The notes: a model not told the origin generated them from the letters alone. A DNA stretch of 63,727 nucleotides, filler included, from Octopus bimaculoides (GCF_001194135.2; 9 parts of 9 records of this genome joined end to end with filler, not necessarily neighbours in it), one strand, 5' to 3'; shown: positions 48,600 through 61,111, numbered from the whole stretch's first letter. A program made the numbers and translations.

Positions 48600-49620
48600 A
48601 AAAGAAAGAAAGGAAATCGAGAATTGATAATCTGTGAGGAGTTTATTCAGACAGAAGAAAACAATGTTGCTTTGTATATATAATGGATGCTAGGGAAGCA
48701 TTGCTTGTGCAAATAAGTAAGCCAGGTTTGTTATATACGGAAAGCAGTCGGGGGAAGATGAATTACGAAATGAAGACAGAAACAAAGAGGGGAAAACAAC
48801 TGAAAGGATAAGAAGATACGCCGTCAGTTCTTGAGCGAGATATCACGAAACACAGATCCGGATAAAAGATGGATGCGGTTACATGTACAAAAATGTTACC
48901 TGAAACCTGAAACAGAGTCTTTGATATGGCAGCGGAGGGATAAGCGTTAAGAACAAACTATAGGAAGCATAGCCATGACAATTCCTCAGAATCTAACAGA
49001 TGTAGAATGTGTGGGGAAATTAGAGAGACAATATAGCATATTTTAAGCGAATGCAGCAAATTGGCTCATAGAGAATAGAAGAGAAGATACGACAATGTCA
49101 CCAGAATAGTTCAGTGGGAACTATGTTACGAGTTTGAATTGGAAAAGTCGGGAGAATGGTATGAGCATGGGCCAAAGGGGATGATAGAAACTGACAGAAC
49201 AAAGAAACGTTGGGAATTAAAGCCACAATGTGATCATGGAATCGAATATTGATATTGTGCTGGTAGACTGGGGAGAAAGATTTTGTCTGATCATGGACAT
49301 CGCTTACTCTGGGGACAGCAGAATCACTGAAGAAAAGAGGAGAAACAATTGACTGAGATATGACGCTCTGGAGAGAGAAATCAAAAATTTATGTAAGCGT
49401 TGGTACTCTAGGTACAGTAAGCAATGAAATTAAAAAATTGGGAAGTGGTTGAAAAAAGGCTTGACATCAAAGTGAAAACAGAGCACTCCCGGAATATGGC
49501 ATTACTTGGCAATGCAAAGAGTCTCCGCAAAGTCCTTGAGACCTGATAAGAATATACCACCTTAGTTCACGGGAAGTGAACGGCTGCTACGTTAATCACA
49601 CCTCCAGGAACAAGCTGAGT
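48600..49620 (+). mobile_element. Old R4/Dong-like RLE LINE remnant ending in (CTA)n(TAA)n
   Basis: LKPETESL...CRMCGEIRETI.HILSECSKLAHRE.KRRYDNV.RIVQWELC..MDIAYSGDSRI..LLGNAKSLRKVLET*; many stops. Confidence 0.8.
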
Positions 49621-49630
49621 GTGTCAGATA

Positions 49631-49737
<107 letters not shown>

Positions 49738-49887
49738 CCTTTATATATTAACCAAAATGAAGTAGATTGACAAATTTATTTTTTGAACCTGTTAAAGACA
49801 CACAAGATGTCGAAATAACAATGGCACTCTTCTTTTAATTTTGACTCTATATCTTCAGGAGGAGTTACCTCAATCCTTTCTATATTA

Positions 49888-49975
<88 letters not shown>

Positions 49976-50187
49976 AAAGAAAACTTTGTTTTCCTAGCGA
50001 GTTCAACTTTACCTTTCATTCTTCTGAGATTGATAGAATAAAAGTATCATTCAGGTTTGGGGTTCGATTCAATTGACTAACATTCTTCTCCCAACTTTGC
50101 TGGTCTTGTACCTAAATCTTCATCATCATCATCATCGTCATCGTCGTCATCATCATCATCGTCATTGCTATCAATATTATCGTCAGG

Positions 50188-50306
50188 TTAAGGCGGCGAG
50201 CTGGCAGAATCGTTAGCACGCCGGGCGAAACGCTTAGTTGTATTTCGTCTGTCTTCACTTTCTGAGTTCAAATCCAGCCGGGGTCCACTTTGCCTTTCAT
50301 CCTTTC
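50188..50306 (+). mobile_element. SINE F3 running into a gap
   Basis: AAGGCGGCGAGCTGGCAGAATCGTTAGCACGCCGGGCGAAA. Confidence 0.9.
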
Positions 50307-50407
50307 NNNNNNNNNNNNNNNNNNNNNNNNNNNNNNNNNNNNNNNNNNNNTTAATTAATTAANNNNNNNNNNNNNNNNNNNNNNNNNNNNNNNNNNNNNN
50401 NNNNNNG

Positions 50408-50552
50408 AGGGAGATGCTGAAAAGTTTTGGGCTTTGGGTAAAAGAAAATACAGAAGAATCAGTTAATTATGATTTCATTGAAAATATTCCCCTCTCAGAT
50501 TCACACACTTATTGCAGTGGTCCTTCAGGTTTTCTAACCCCTGTAAAAAGAA
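50408..50552 (-). mobile_element. Mariner-derived MITE M1, partial
   Basis: GAGGG..TGCTGAAAAGTT..GGCTTTGGGTAAAAGA...TTCCCCTCTCAGATTCACACACTTATTGCAG. Confidence 0.8.
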
Positions 50553-50584
50553 CAAGCCTTTCACTATACCTTTTTCAGTACCCT

Positions 50585-51490
50585 GTCGGTGCTGCTGTCA
50601 TGTAAAAAGCATCCAGTCCACTCTGCTGGGTAGTTTTAGGAAGGGCATCCAGCTGTAAAAACCCTGCCAAAACAGACACAGTAGCCTAGGGTAGATTTTC
50701 TACCTGACTGGCTCCTGTCAAACCGTCCAACCCATGCCTGCATGGAAGGCAGGCATCAAATGATGATGATGATATAATTTGATTATAGAAGTCCTCACAT
50801 TGTTTAGCAATTTAACGGAGGGAAGTGGAGTGCATGCAAATGTTGGAGGACATTGCATTAAGCAGGGAGTAAAAACCATGAACGGTGATTAGAAAATAAC
50901 TATTTGTAAATCTCACAACAAGAGATATTCCGCAACAATACTTTGGAGTAAAGATTGTCTGCCAACATAACATGGCAGTCCTGGTTTAGGACGAATGTTG
51001 CTGTAATTTTAGCCCCAGGAGACATTGTCTCCAGCTGGCTATACGACACGATCTAAAACCGAGGTACCACATGTAGGTGCTGGGGCCATATAAGAAGGTA
51101 CCTAAAACCAAGGTACCACATGTGGGTGCTGGAGACATATAAAAAGAACCCAGTACACTCTGTAAAGTGGTTGGTGTTAGGAAAGGCATCCAGCTGTAGA
51201 GACCAAGTTGTGGAAGAGGGAGACCCAGGAAGAGATGGGACAAAGTACTGAAGACCAATCTCAAAACGTTAGGTTTTATGAAGGAGGTGACAGAGGACCG
51301 AGATGTATGGAGCATTGCTGTACTTGAGAAGACCCCCGCCCACCACAACAGAATCGAGATCCTCAAACCAAGATGCCACATAAAAAGCACCCAGTACACA
51401 CTGAGCAGTATTTGGCATTAGAAAGGGCATCCGACTGTAGAAACCAAGCCAAAACAGACAATGGCCCCTGGTGTGGCCCCTGGTCATGCT
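50585..51490 (+). mobile_element. Cluster of RTE-associated short elements with an RTE-like LINE 3' coding end
   Basis: Three copies of AGG/AGAAAGGGCATCC.GCTGTA.A.AC; one ends (TGA)n at ~50770; 51230-51340 codes RGRPRKRWDKVLKTNLKTLGF...DRDVWSIAVLEKT; ~49-bp local duplication at 51055-51150. Confidence 0.6.
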
Positions 51491-51854
51491 TGTCTCCCCC
51501 TTGTAAACATAAGGACACAGGAAATGTGTGAAGGCCGATGGGAAGCGGTGCAGCTTCTTTGGTCTAACCAACAGTAGTATTATTCCCTTCAGGGGACTGT
51601 CACACTAAGTTGACAGCATACAACTACTTCATGCTAGTTCCTGTCTAGCCCTTCAACTCATACCAGTACAGAAAATGGACATTAAATAATGATGTCCTCA
51701 CCTTATTTAAAAATTCCTTTAAAAATATAATACACGGGTCACTAATCTCCACAAATATCTAAAAATGGGACACTAGCTGGATGGGGCGGTTACAAAAAAA
51801 TTAGGGATTAAACACCACAAAGTTAGTATTTGATTTTTATATTTTGTGAAATAC

Positions 51855-52006
51855 ACATGGTTCCGAGTTCCGGGTTCAGTCCCACTGCGTGGCACCTTGG
51901 GCAAGTGCCTTCTACTATAGCCTCAGGNNNNNNNNNNCTAAAAGGCGGTGTTCCAGCATGGCCACAGTCAAAATTACTGAAACAAGTAAAAGAGTAAAAG
52001 AGAGTA
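51855..52006 (+). mobile_element. SINE F1 head and tail joined across a short gap
   Basis: GGGTTCAGTCCCACTGCGTGGCACCTTGGGCAAG / AAGGCGGTGTTCCAGCATGGCC...AAACAAGTAAAAGAGTAAAAGAG. Confidence 0.8.
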
Positions 52007-52591
52007 CATTTAAGGTGGGGTGGGGGAAATTTCAAAGGGCCGCTGAAGTAAAACAACCTAAGACCCAACGGTAGAGATACATCGTGAAAAATTCACAGTA
52101 CTCACAGAGCTTGATTGTGTTTAATCAGGAGACCTCCTTAATTGCAATTAACCGGGCGTTTAGTTAACGACAAACTTGCAGCAGTTGGTTTCAACGAGCA
52201 ATATTCAGCCATGCTGCCATCAGTGGCGGACGTAGTTTCGTTTTAATAAGTGGAAACGGGAATGAACACTCAACGAGGGTTCTGATCAGTGAGTGTATAT
52301 ACGATGTGGATTTAGAGTAGACAGTTATACATACAGAGAAAGCAGGAATGAGCATGTATATACATATATATACACACACATATAGATATATATATATATA
52401 TATATATATACATAACTGGAGACTTCCTCTAATGGTCACCAGTTAAAGAATGTGGAACCAGGATATAGAACGATGTCTCATGCTACGAGAGATACGTAGA
52501 GTGTTTGTGTGTGCGTATATATACATAGGCATACACACACACTTGTATGTATGTATGTCAACGCATGTGTGTGGATGTGATTGTGAGTGCC

Positions 52592-52632
<41 letters not shown>

Positions 52633-53399
52633 ATATATATTTTTTAATCTTTCGTTTCGTCACATACATACACGCATGTATGACTGTGTGTGTGTGGATT
52701 ATGAACAAATATCCCGACACACATATATACACACACACAGACATATACACACACACACATATATATACACACACACACCCATATATATATATATATACAC
52801 GCACACATTTATACACACATATACACACACACACAAATACATACACACACATATACACACATATATACACACACACACATATATATACACACACCCATAT
52901 ATATATATATACACGCACACATTTATACACACACATACACACACATATACACACACAAATACATACACACACATATACACACACACACACATACACACAC
53001 ACACACACACACATATATATACACACACACATATATATATACATACACACACACACACACACATATTGAAGGAAATAGGGAAATGAAGAACCAGTGAAAA
53101 TTGGAGGTTTCNNNNNNNNNNNNNNNNNNNNNNNNNNNNNNNNNNNNNNNNNNNNTTAATTAATTAANNNNNNNNNNNNNNNNNNNNNNNNNNNNNNNNN
53201 NNNNNNNNNNNATATATATATATATATATATATATATAGATATATATATACGCGTATATATGTGGTAATTGCTTCATCTTTGCAGATGTTTGCCGTCTCC
53301 CCCATGCATCCCCATCAACCATCATCATCAGCTCCAAACGTTCGTCCATGACCCCTTAGGTGGCTTTTAAGTCTAGCATTAGATTCGCACGGTCTGCAG

Positions 53400-54800
53400 C
53401 AAACGTGACAGACAAAAGATGTGCCCTCTATTGGATTTATTGGGTCAGCTTGAGGGATGTCATCCTTATGTACACTCATACGCCTTTTAAAACCAGATAT
53501 TGATTTTCAGATCTGTTTGCACACCACACATGTTGTCTAACCTAGCATTGGAGAGATAGAGCTGCATACAGTTGGCTTTTATGTGACTTTAAATGAGTGA
53601 TGTACCCAGATTTAGAGAGCAGTAAGCGACCACACATCTCAAAAATCCAGCGCACTATGTTCTTATTGACGTTCACACTGTGGCCTTTTCGAAGCTGGCG
53701 TTTAAATTTTTCATGATCAAGACGCCTCTCTTCAAACATTCTGCAGCCTTCCTTCACATATCCTCTCCGTTCTCTCCTCTTTAAGGCAAGTACCTTCTAG
53801 TTCTGATCTTCAAGCTGAAGATCTTTAAGGTTGTTTTTTATGCAATCCTTCTTGCTTTGTGCTGCGGGAGTTTCCCAGTGTGCAATTGACTGCAAAATGG
53901 TTGTTTTGGGAGTCTTCCCTCATTCATGCGCACAACATGGCCTACCTAACGCATTTGAGAGGATAGGATGGTACATTCAATGCTCCTGAAGCCAGCATCT
54001 ATAAGGATTTGTGTGTCAGGTAATTTCTGTTGCCATTTGATGTTTAGGATTCTTCTTAAACACTTTTGGTTAAGGTGTTTACGATGTACTGTCCACGTTT
54101 CCGAAGAGCACGACAGGGCACTTAGAATGCAGGCTTTGTACACACCAATTTTGGTCTTGATATTGATGTCATGATCAGCCCACACTCGCTTTTCGAGTTT
54201 TCCAGAGGCTACAGAGGCCTTCTGAAAGCGCAGGTGTATTTCTGCATCCAGTGAACCATCTCTTGATAATGTACTACTCAAGTAAACAAAAGTGTCAACT
54301 ACACCCAACCTAGTTTCATGCACCATTATAGTTGGCTCGATATATCCTTCCCCTGGTGATGGGGTGAACATTACCTTGCTCTTCTTTTAAATTAATTTCC
54401 ATGCCAAAGATATTACAAGTTGCTGCAAAACAAACCATGATGTGTTGAATGTCATCCTGAGAATAAGCCAAAAAGTCAACATCGTCTGCATGCGACAGTT
54501 TTCTAATTAATATTTGAAACACCTTGGACTTGAGATTGAACCTTCTTAGGTCAAAGATCCTTCCTGTAGTTCTAATTTGCAATAGAATACCCTTTGTACA
54601 GTCCTGGAATGCATGAGTCAATATCGCAGCAAAAAATATTGAGAACAGTGTGGGAGCCAGGATATCTCCCTGCTTCACGCCGTTATCAATTGGGATTTCA
54701 TTGGACAATTTTCCATTCAAGACAACCCGAGCCATCCTATTTCTGTGCAGTCGAACGAGCATATTAATAAACTTTAGTGGGCACCCTATTTTCCATAATA
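53400..54800 (-). mobile_element. RTE-clade LINE remnant, reverse transcriptase region
   Basis: GCPLKFINML...NGVKQGDILAPTLFSIFF...LSHADDVDFLAYSQDDIQ (YADD equivalent)...FVYLSSTLSRDGSLDAEIHLR..KIGVYKACILSAL..SETWT. Confidence 0.9.
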
Positions 54801-54821
54801 TTTATCGATATAATTTTAAAA

Positions 54822-55080
54822 CCCAATATAGATATTGCAGCCTTGTCAGAAACACGCTTATGAGGGTGTGATCAGCTGTCTGAAGCACTATTAGGTTTCA
54901 CACTTTTCTGGAGAGGGAAACAAAAAGGAGAACGGTGAGATGGTAGCGTAGGTTTTGCAGTGCGTGAAACTCTAGCACAACATTTAGAGTGCCCCTCTAG
55001 AATCAGTGGCTGTATAATGAAGTTGCGCATTCCACTTGCATGTGGGTGATATGCAACAATTCTGTCAGTTTATAAGGACC
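54822..55080 (+). mobile_element. RTE-type APE endonuclease N-terminal fragment, opposite strand to the adjacent RT
   Basis: NIDIAALSETRL*GCDQLSE..GFTLFWRGKQKGER*DGSVGFAV...IMKLRIPLACG*YATILSVY. Confidence 0.85.
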
Positions 55081-55889
55081 CCAAGCTGTTGCTACAGTAT
55101 CCTTCTAAAAGAGGGAAACTTGAAATAAAACCTGCGGTTGATGTGATTACTGGTCATTTGGCTTATATATATATATATATATTTATATATAATCGAGACG
55201 TAAAAATACCTTCCTTTCCTTCCATGAGCGTCTGCTAATACTTTGCATGTATCACGTCCTCATGTTGGTGTTTTTTTCTTGTGTTTTCTTGTGTTTGTTC
55301 TTTTGGGATTTACTGTATATATACATACATATATATATATAATGTACACATGTATATATGGATATTGTATTCCATTTCTGTGCCTGGAGGATATCAAGAC
55401 CGGCACTAAAATACCAGCTTCTCCAAACAAATACTAAGCTTTCTTACTGGAAGTACTGAACAGCAGTGAAACGAAGAGTAGATCTCAAGGTTGGTGCCAA
55501 ATAATTACCGGAAACTAATATACACACAAACAGGTGAGCGCGCGCGCGCCACACGTATACATGAATGCATAGCCATGGGTTGTTTTGCAGACGCGAAGGA
55601 AGGAAATAGAGAAAAATTTTGGATAAAGTGAAACGAAACAATGCAAAAATAAAAATATATATTGAAGGTTAACCAACGAAGGAGATTCTTCGTGATCAAT
55701 CTGCCAACTAAAAACAGCTTCCGAATCTCCCATAGGCCACCAGTTTAACATCTTAAAGATAAAGCGTACAGGTGAAGTCTAGAGAAGTCTAAAGATGCTC
55801 ATGGTAACGTCAGTGCTATTAGTAATATAAATGCTAAGAGTAACGTTGGTATTAAAGGATATATAAGGGTTAATATCGGTTTCAAATTC

Positions 55890-56325
55890 TAGAACAAAGC
55901 CAGAAATTTCAGGGCAGAAGTTAACTCGATTACATCGACCGCAGTACTCAACTGATGCTTTTTTTAATCGGCCCCCAAAGGGTGAAAGGTAAGGTCGACC
56001 ACGGTGGCATTTGAACTCAAGACTGACAACATGTGGTTAAGCATTTTACCCGGCGTGCTAACGGTTTCTGCCAGCTCTCCGCCCTAATACCCGAGTTAAT
56101 ATTAACATTAGTGTATAAGGCAGCGAGCAGACAGAATCGTTAGCACGCCGGACAAAGTACTTAGCGGGCATTTCGTCCATCTTTACGTTTTGAGTTCAAA
56201 TTCCGTCGAGGTTGACCTTACTTTCCATCTTTTCGGGCGTCGATAAAATAAGTACCATTTGATCACTGGGTTCGATGCATTCGACTTATTCCTCCCTCGA
56301 AATACTTGGCCTTGTGCCAAAATAT
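55890..56325. mobile_element. Divergent (head-to-head) pair of SINE F3 copies
   Basis: Minus copy 55890-56086, plus copy 56117-56325, ~30-bp spacer. Confidence 0.8.
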
Positions 56326-56635
56326 TAATTTTGGTGTTAGTGTTAATGATAACGTTGGTACTTATAGTAATGTTGGTGCTAAAGTAATTTTGAGAGTAAA
56401 GAACTCTTTATTAAAATTACATCCATTACGAAGAGAAAAGAATCATTTGCTTAATAACCAATTCTGGTCAAGAAGTACAAGGGACACAATCAATAATTGA
56501 AATTCATTTAAATTAACTAAAACTAGAACATCTGCAATATTGTACAGTGACGATTTTAGGCCTTGATTTGGTATCATTAGACCTCCTTAGGGAGACATAG
56601 CTTTTAAGCAATATTACCAGACAAACTTTATCTGT

Positions 56636-56849
56636 ATTATTTACATTATTTACAATTGACGGATATTTGTCCTCATCTTGTTTGTTGTTAACACAACGTT
56701 TCGGCTAATATACTCTCCAGCCTTCATCAGTATATCAGGGTATATCAGCTGAAACGTTGTGTTAACAACAAAGATGAGGACAAATATCCGTCAACTGTAA
56801 ATAATGTTAATAATGTACATAATTCCTCATCTCTTAAATATAGAACTGG
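56636..56849. mobile_element. Inverted-repeat insertion of the hammerhead-bearing element with 13-bp TSD
   Basis: AAACTTTATCTGT at 56623-56635 and 56850-56862; arms 56636-56715 and 56738-56814 are inverted at about 90% identity; left arm carries the hammerhead core at 56690-56730 (minus). Confidence 0.85.
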
Positions 56850-56862
56850 AAACTTTATCTGT

Positions 56863-57282
56863 TACTTGTTTCAGTCATTGGAGTGTAGCCATGTTAGGGC
56901 ACCACCCTGAAGGATTTCAGCCGAATCAATCGACCACAGTGCTTATCTTTCAAGTCTGATAATTATTTTATCGATATCTTTTGCCGGACCGTTAGATTAT
57001 GGTGACTTAAACCAACACCAGTTGTCAAGCGACGTATGTGTGTGGAGGGAGGGACAAACACAGACACAAACACACGCACGCTCTCTTTCACAAACACACA
57101 AACACACACACAAAAGCGGTTCGGCAGAAGAGACTGATAGAATAAGCACCAGGCTTCCAAAGAATAAGTCCAGGGATCGATTTCTCCGACTAAAAGGCGG
57201 TGCTCCAGCATGGACACAGTCAAATGACTGAATAAAAGAATAAAATGTGCTTCTTAACCACACAGCCACGCCTATGCCTATA
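56863..57282 (-). mobile_element. SINE F1 (minus) whose middle is replaced by an oppositely oriented F1 3' fragment (57112-57243, plus)
   Basis: 3' part minus 56863-57110, 3' part plus 57112-57243, head remnant minus 57248-57282. Confidence 0.7.
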
Positions 57283-57589
57283 TTGTTGGGAAAACTACAT
57301 TTCGGAATCGTAGCTGATCTCTTCCTGAATACATTTAATCATTAAATCGTATTATTAGCTATTAAATGTATCGTGAGCCAACAACGGAGTATTTCTCTGA
57401 TTGTTTGACTTGCCAGAAATAGGATCCAAATTCCATCGAACCACAACCTACCGTAAAAAAGGAATGGAAGGATGGATATATTATGTCTGAAAAAACGACG
57501 CAAACACACATACACACACACATACATGCACGCACGCATACACACACACACACACACACATACATACATACATACGTACGTACATACTC

Positions 57590-58270
57590 TATAATGAAAT
57601 CCGTCAGAAGGATAATCCCGAGCACACAGAAATAAGAACTCACAATATGGTAAAAGCCATAGCTACTCATAATAAAAAGGAATACTGGTGGAATGTACCA
57701 CTGAAGAACTCAATAAAATGTAAGCACAACAAAGCTGATATAATAATTTGGGATAGAGAAGAGAAACTGTGCACAGTTGTAGAAATTAGCTGTTCAGCGG
57801 ATGTTAACATAAAGCTGAAGATCAGTGAAAAAGAGAACACCTATGCTGAACTGATGAGAAATCTGCATTTCCTCTATACAGATTACAAGTTCAGAGTTAT
57901 AACTGTAATTATTGGGGCCCTGGGATATGTAACACACTGCCTAAATACCAATCTCGAGAAATTAGATTTCTCAAAACCAGAAAGGAGAAAGCTAATTTGA
58001 AGACTACAGATCCAATCCATCACTGAAACTATAAAAATCTGTAAAACTTTGCAGGTTTATCATTTAAATATATATGAGCATGTCTAGATATGCAAATATA
58101 TGCATGAGAATATATACATGAACCATACAAATCTGCACATACATACATACATACATACATACATAGAAACAAAAATACCCTGTTGCTGATGTTGAAGTTT
58201 TAATGAAGGAGCCTTGGATCTAGGTTAAAAACAGATTCTTTCTCTATTGGCAAGAAATCTTGAAATAAAC
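57590..58270 (+). mobile_element. 5'-truncated RLE LINE (endonuclease domain + 3' UTR) between (ACAT)n tracts
   Basis: EYWWNVP..CKHNKADIIIWDREEKLCTVVEISCSADVN..KISEKENTYAEL..VIIGALG (PD-(D/E)xK-type RLE); ACAT repeats at both junctions. Confidence 0.85.
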
Positions 58271-58319
58271 ATACATACATACATACATAAACAACAACAG
58301 TAAAAATAAATACGTAAAC

Positions 58320-59010
58320 TTAGTGCTGAAAGACGAAGAGAACAGCATCCTACATATTAGCAGTGAGCTCCTCAGGAAGCACTCCTTGTGTGATGACTTC
58401 TCATACAACCACAAAATAGCCAGACTAACATACCTCAAAGAAGACCTTGATTGGAAAATGCTCTGAATTCGAAAAAAAAAAAAGCAAAAAAAAAAAAAAA
58501 GCAAAAAAACACACAAAAAGCAAAACCTGCTACATATGTTACTCGAAGACTTGAAGGCAGTAATATCGATATATCGGCATGAAGTGCAGCCTCTCTGGGA
58601 CTAGTGACCATCACATCACACTTCGAAGGCATATGCATTTGCAATCCAAAAATAGGAGATTGCTATGAAATAAACAAAAGAGACAGTGAAGACTTTGGAT
58701 ACAACCAAAAATGTAGATTGTCAGCTACCCAAAAGTGTCTTCAAGATACATCAAACGATGTTGTCGCTAAAACAATATACAATGCCATTCGAAAAACAGA
58801 CTGTCCTGGAATAGATATAGAGGATCGACCTGTTATTGAATACATACACAAACATCAGCACCAGCACGTAGAATATTAACAGAACATTCCCACCAAAACT
58901 TCTATCAAGTGCAAACAGAACAAGCTGGATATTTATTAGGGATCAACAAGAAAAAAGTATGTAACGTCATAAAGGTCAACTGCTCTGCTGATGTGAATAT
59001 GTCTTCGAAC
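58320..59010 (+). mobile_element. Older diverged relative of the 57590 RLE family
   Basis: DVVAKTIYNAIRK...IEYIHKH..EY*QNIPTKTSIKCKQNKLDI..VNCSADVN parallels the 57647 ORF. Confidence 0.7.
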
Positions 59011-59433
59011 TTCTTCGAAACCTCCAGCTTCTATATTCAGATTATAAAAGTCAGACATAAGAGAACAGATTTTCTGTGCACCTGGTGTAAAAAAACACCT
59101 GAAAGTAAGTCAAAGACAAGCGGAACAACTCTCATCAAGTTCTTTCTCGGTGCGACAGACATCGTTGTTTCGTCTCATATATATATATATATATATATAN
59201 NNNNNNNNNNNNNNNNNNNNNNNNNNNNNNNNNNNNNNNNNNNNNNNNNNNNNNNNNNNNNNNNNNNNNNNNNNNNNNNNNNNNNNNNNNNNNNNNNNNN
59301 NNNNNNNNNNNNNNNNNNNNNNNNNNNNNNNNNNNNNNNNNNNNNNNNNNNNNNNNNNNNNNNNNNNNNNNNNNNNNNNNNNNNNNNNNNNNNNNNNNNN
59401 NNNNNNNNNNNNNNNNNNNNNNNNNNNNNNNNN

Positions 59434-59482
<49 letters not shown>

Positions 59483-59580
59483 GATATATTAATAATATGA
59501 CAACAAAAGAATGAATGAACCTCGATATTATGTAAAAGAGAGGAATTTATCCATAAATATAATATGTGACAACTGGTTGG

Positions 59581-59655
59581 TTGTCATAATAAAAATCAGA
59601 GTTTCGGATGCCGGAGATGAAGTCCGCTTCGGCATCTCATCAGTTATTAAGACAA
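59581..59655 (-). ncRNA. Extended type I hammerhead ribozyme motif
   Basis: TTGTCTTAATAA-CTGATGA-GATGCCG..CGGCATC-C-GAA-ACTCTGATT-T-TTATTATGACAA: stem I 11/12 bp, stem II 7 bp perfect, near-palindromic stem III with a C-U mismatch at 15.2/16.2. Confidence 0.7.
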
Positions 59656-60036
59656 AACGCCATGAAAAAAAGAACGTTAAATAAAGGGAAATTACTCCAA
59701 TAATCATGGTGAAAGTAATACTTCATTCATAGAATCCGCATATGCACACATATACACACAAACATACATGTATGCACGCACACACATGTATGCATATATA
59801 TCTATATACATACTCACACACGCGTGTACATATACATACAAGCACACATATATACATATATATATATATATCTACGTATACACGCATATACACTCGCAAA
59901 TATACTCATGCACGCATCACTACGCTCATCTCTCTCNNNNNNNNNNNNNNNNNNNNNNNNNNNNNNNNNNNNNNNNNNNNTTAATTAATTAANNNNNNNN
60001 NNNNNNNNNNNNNNNNNNNNNNNNNNNNNNNNNNNN

Positions 60037-60460
60037 TGCTTGTCAGTTGTTTGACCTTAATCAGTTGAGCATGTCCCTTAGTGGCTAAGAATATGTGCAT
60101 CTCTGATCACTAGTAGAAGTAGTGGGGGAGCATCATAGCCATGTGTTGAGAGGAATTCTTTGGGGTTTGAATAATTCACTTTTTGAAACGTGGGTATTTC
60201 GTTCAACACCCTTAAACAACCCTTATTCAGGGACCTTTTGAGCAAGATGGGCTACTCAACATGAAGAAAATTCTAAAAGGATAGCACCTGCAAGGTCATG
60301 TGCTGTTTATCTTGATATGAGATCACCATGTCGCGCACATATGGTTGTGATTCATGTGCCTGGTGTACCCTTATCAGAAGGGTAGTCGTGATGGATATAC
60401 TGGACTTCGTACATTTTACCCCCGTATCACTTTGATGGAATGCACTGCTCTCTCACTCAG
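60037..60460 (+). repeat. Unclassified interspersed repeat F4 ending in (AGT)n(AAT)n
   Basis: Collinear with 61370-61628 and with the reverse complement of 63305-63727; no coding similarity recognised. Confidence 0.85.
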
Positions 60461-60494
60461 TAGTAGTAGTAGTAGTAATAATAATAATAATAAC

Positions 60495-60548
<54 letters not shown>

Positions 60549-60552
60549 CTTT

Positions 60553-60936
60553 TCTACTCAAAGCACACAGCCCGAAATTTTGGGGAAGGGGGTCAGTCGA
60601 TTAAATCGACCCCAGGACGTAACTGGTACTTAATTTATCGATCTTGAAAGGATGAAAGGCAAAGTCAACCTCGGCGGAATTTGAACTCAGAACGTAAAGG
60701 CAGACGAAGTATTTCGCCCGGCGTGCTAACGTTTCTACCAATAATCCTTTGTACTATAGACACAAAGCCTGAAATTTTGGAGGGATTGGGTAAGTCGATA
60801 ACATCAACCTCAGTGCGTAACTGGCAATTATTTCATCGACCCGAAAGCATGAAAAGCTAAGTCGATCTCAGCGCAATTTGAACTCAAAATGTAGCGACGG
60901 GCGAAATACCACTAACGATTCTGCCAGTTCGCCGCC

Positions 60937-60938
<2 letters not shown>
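60553..60938 (-). mobile_element. Two head-to-tail SINE F3 copies between (AAT)n tracts
   Basis: GTCAACCTCGGCGGAATTTGAACTCAGAACG and ACGATTCTGCCAGTTCGCCGCCTT. Confidence 0.9.
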
Positions 60939-61029
<91 letters not shown>

Positions 61030-61059
61030 GTAGTAGTAGTAGTAGTAGTNNNNNNNNNN

Positions 61060-61094
<35 letters not shown>

Positions 61095-61111
61095 ATAATA
61101 ATAATAATAAA

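Noticed and set aside
55440-55600. CAG|GTGAGC donor and TTTTGCAG acceptor suggesting a 59-nt intron
   Set aside because: No open coding frame or other support; needs RNA data.
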